From assembly GCF_902713615.1 (NCBI RefSeq), contig NC_052162.1, positions 124,272,653 through 124,336,652 on the forward strand: 64,000 bases of DNA, written 5' to 3'. The translations under genes and the position numbers were made by a program. Shown piece by piece: positions 61,461 through 64,000 of this stretch. Below the pieces are notes generated by a model, which saw nothing but the letters and a program-made list of their open reading frames with translations, was not told the DNA's origin and ran no database searches. This DNA is from Scyliorhinus canicula (lineage: Eukaryota). Positions within the stretch are counted from its first letter, which is position 1. Each line of letters opens with the position of its first letter.

Positions 61461-62048
61461 TATTTTATCCACCACGACAGGTAGATCTAAAATAAATACA
61501 TTTGTCTCTTGTGCCATATTGTCTTAGGCCAAAGTAGGTTTAATTTTATGGTTTTACCACAGGACTAATGCTGAATGAAAATCTCTGTTACATTTTATTG
61601 CAGGATTTCTTGTAGTTTAATTCTGTCAATGCTGGAGAAATTCTGTGTCTTAAATTGTGTTCACTTTTAAACTAGCAGCAAAGTAGTCACTTTCCTTCAA
61701 ATTCTACAACAGATTTTCTCCATTGGTGTGGGTTTTATTCTCAGTTTCTGTAATGGTGTTGTGGTTATGTCATTTCTGTGACTTTTATTTCTTAGGAACA
61801 TGTAATTTATGAATAGAAAATTGTATTTTGTAATGTGTGTCTTGTTCCTTAAATTTTCACACACCAATCAGCTTTATGGATTTATTTTCTGTGTTCAGTA
61901 GGAATTGCTGTATTAGTTTAGGTTTGTGTACCTTGTGTAATTTCAGTTATTTGTATTTAAGTAACTTGCTTTAGTCATCAGCAGTCACTAAGAAGTTACA
62001 CATGACACCTGAAGATGTATCATCTCAGCATGGTGGCACAATGGTTGT

Positions 62049-63014
62049 TGTATCTTAGGATTTGAATCCAGTTTTGTTTAATTTACAGTTGCCGGTTGTT
62101 GTTGAGACATTGCTGAAACTCAGTAGAAATTCAAGTTAAAAACTTGTCAGGTGCAAATAAGAATTGTTTTATTGAAGTTCATTGGTTACAACTTGAAAAT
62201 GATTTAAAAGGTAGTTTGTAGACAATTTGATTTTCTTCAAAGAATCACAGGAATTATCTTCTGAGACAATAGCCTGAACACAACTTTAAAAGTCAAAGGC
62301 TGAAGTCAAAGTATGAAAATGAAATAGGAATACAGAACTCTTTTCTGATTCTCTTCCTTTACTTTCTCTCTCTCTCTCTCTCTTTCTGTCTTGTTCTCTT
62401 TGTCTCTTTCCTGTCTCTTTCTCTCTGTCTCTTTCTGTCTTTCTTTCTTCTTGTCTTCTTGTCTTTCTGTCTTCTTGTCTAAAATGGTGGCCAAATCATC
62501 CATGGATATACTCTTTCATATCTGTCTTAAGCGATCCGATCACACCCCAATATAATCCTAATTGGTTTAAGCTATATTCAAAACACATTTGATTTGATAA
62601 CAAGCCATCCATCCTCCCAATGCAACGCCTCTTCCAATTGTTGCTTATCTGCAACAATTGAGACGTTAGTCATCTCATCATGCGATTATTCCGAAAATAT
62701 AAATGAAACTGTATTTTGACACAGTCTAAAATGTTTCAGCTTGCATACGTTATGGAATGTGGTTCAGGCTGTTATCACAAGTGGCCAGAAATCAGAACAA
62801 TGGAGCCTTTAATTATACCACCTTAAAACCCATGGGATTTCGCTGCTGCCCTTGAAAGAATGTGATGTTTTTATCAGTGGTTCTGTTTTTCCCAAACACA
62901 TGTCTGAGTTTGGAAGTTGTATATTTCTTTCATTTTAAAACTAGGATTTAATATTTCTGTCTTAAACAGTCTTCTTACCTATATTAAGTGTATTTAAAAT
63001 ACCTGACTTCTACA
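62049..63014 (-). mobile_element. ERV 3' LTR
   Basis: PPT aaaggggcgac abuts TGTAGA at 63014; TGTA..TACA termini; AATAAA near 62173; CT-rich tract 62360-62480. Left boundary uncertain. Confidence 0.65.
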
Positions 63015-63308
63015 GTCGCCCCTTTGATAAATCGAAAGATCAAGTGAGATATATCAGAATAAGATAAAAGATATCATTAAAGCGATAGGATAGGTAAAAG
63101 CGCAAAGAATAATTCATTCATATTGTCATTGCAGATTTAAACAATAGAATGGAAACTTAGTATTGCAACAAGTATTTCAACAATAATCATTAAAATTCTT
63201 AAAGAATCATTATTACAAAATAACAATTAATGAATTAGTCAAATTTGATGCTACAGATTCAGTATTAATAGATTATACAAATAATTGATTGATATTACGG
63301 TTAACATT

Positions 63309-64000
63309 TCAACAAAAGTATTTCACCTCAAATTCATCAATTGGGGGTGCAGTAGGGTTAGTGTGAATCATTCTGACAGTTGGCCCCCTGCGCTTAGCGA
63401 ATAGTTCTTTGATGCACGTAGCACATTGGTATGTCATATAAATGATGAATCCAGCTGCACAGGAGAATAGGATTATTCTCATTATGGACATTCCTGTGTG
63501 TCCAAACCACCCGCAAATTCTATCCCAGAGAGAGAACTTGGGATGGATCAAGTTTTTTGATTTATTTTTGGATATGTAATACCAAATCTTTAACTTCTTC
63601 AGAGTTATCAGGAATGAAAGTGCAACATTCTGCACCAATCAGGGCGCACGTGCCACCGTTTTCGGCTAGCACATAGTCAAGTGCCATTCGATTTTGCAAT
63701 ACCACGGTTCGAATTGTTCGCATTTCGTCAGAGATTTTGTCTAGGGCAGTGGCAGTGTATTCTGCCACATCTTGTATGATGGTTGTTATTTTATTTAACT
63801 CATTCTCCATCCTTACTTCCCAATAGAAAGGAATGATTCTAGCAAAAATTGCATCTCTAAAGGTGATGGAACGTTTTTTTCTTTGAACAGTCATTTCTGA
63901 AATATGCAGAAGATTAGTCACATGACGAATGGCAGGTACCATGTATCCTAAATAGCAAGATCCTGACCAGGATCTTGGGAGCCAGGGATATGCTTTATCA
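63309..64000 (-). pseudogene. env: Gamma-type retroviral envelope (SU end + TM), disrupted before the membrane anchor
   Basis: AYPWLPRSWSGSCYLG, furin site RKKR, ISD LQNRMALDYVLA, CX6CC CALIGAECC; TAA at 63564-63562; hydrophobic anchor in another frame. Confidence 0.9.

Noticed and set aside
62306-62503. Charged KERQ-rich ORF
   Set aside because: Translation of a CT microsatellite inside an LTR.

Overview
Eukaryotic DNA, most likely a cartilaginous fish (shark), inferred from recognisable HE1-like V-SINEs, a SacSINE1-like DeuSINE and CR1/L1/Penelope families. The window is a cluster of KRAB-less tandem C2H2 zinc-finger (ZNF) genes in dense, often nested transposon DNA. Seven ZNF loci are visible, labelled A-G left to right: B, D, E and G have intact ORFs (10-18 fingers), A has a premature stop, F is frameshifted and C is a pseudogene. 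The genes sit head-to-head around four GC-rich, apparently bidirectional promoter modules (P1-P4). The two first-exon splice donors that lack a partner gene are both GT>GG. Each ORF starts at an ATG formed from a finger linker (NMEKPW), behind a conserved 5'UTR of dead fingers. That leader has an 11-codon uORF in 4 of 6 copies and a TGA exactly 39 nt upstream of the ATG in 5 of 6. Other highlights: a SINE supplies the stop codon of two paralogs; a 467-bp-arm Penelope palindrome carries hammerhead motifs; there are two full-length L1s with TSDs and an ORF1-only L1 derivative; a Gypsy 5' LTR has a primer-site sequence complementary to its own LTR; there is a Copia-type RT relic; and the window ends in an ERV env plus 3' LTR. 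All family names come from visual recognition, not database searches, and boundaries of decayed repeats are approximate.
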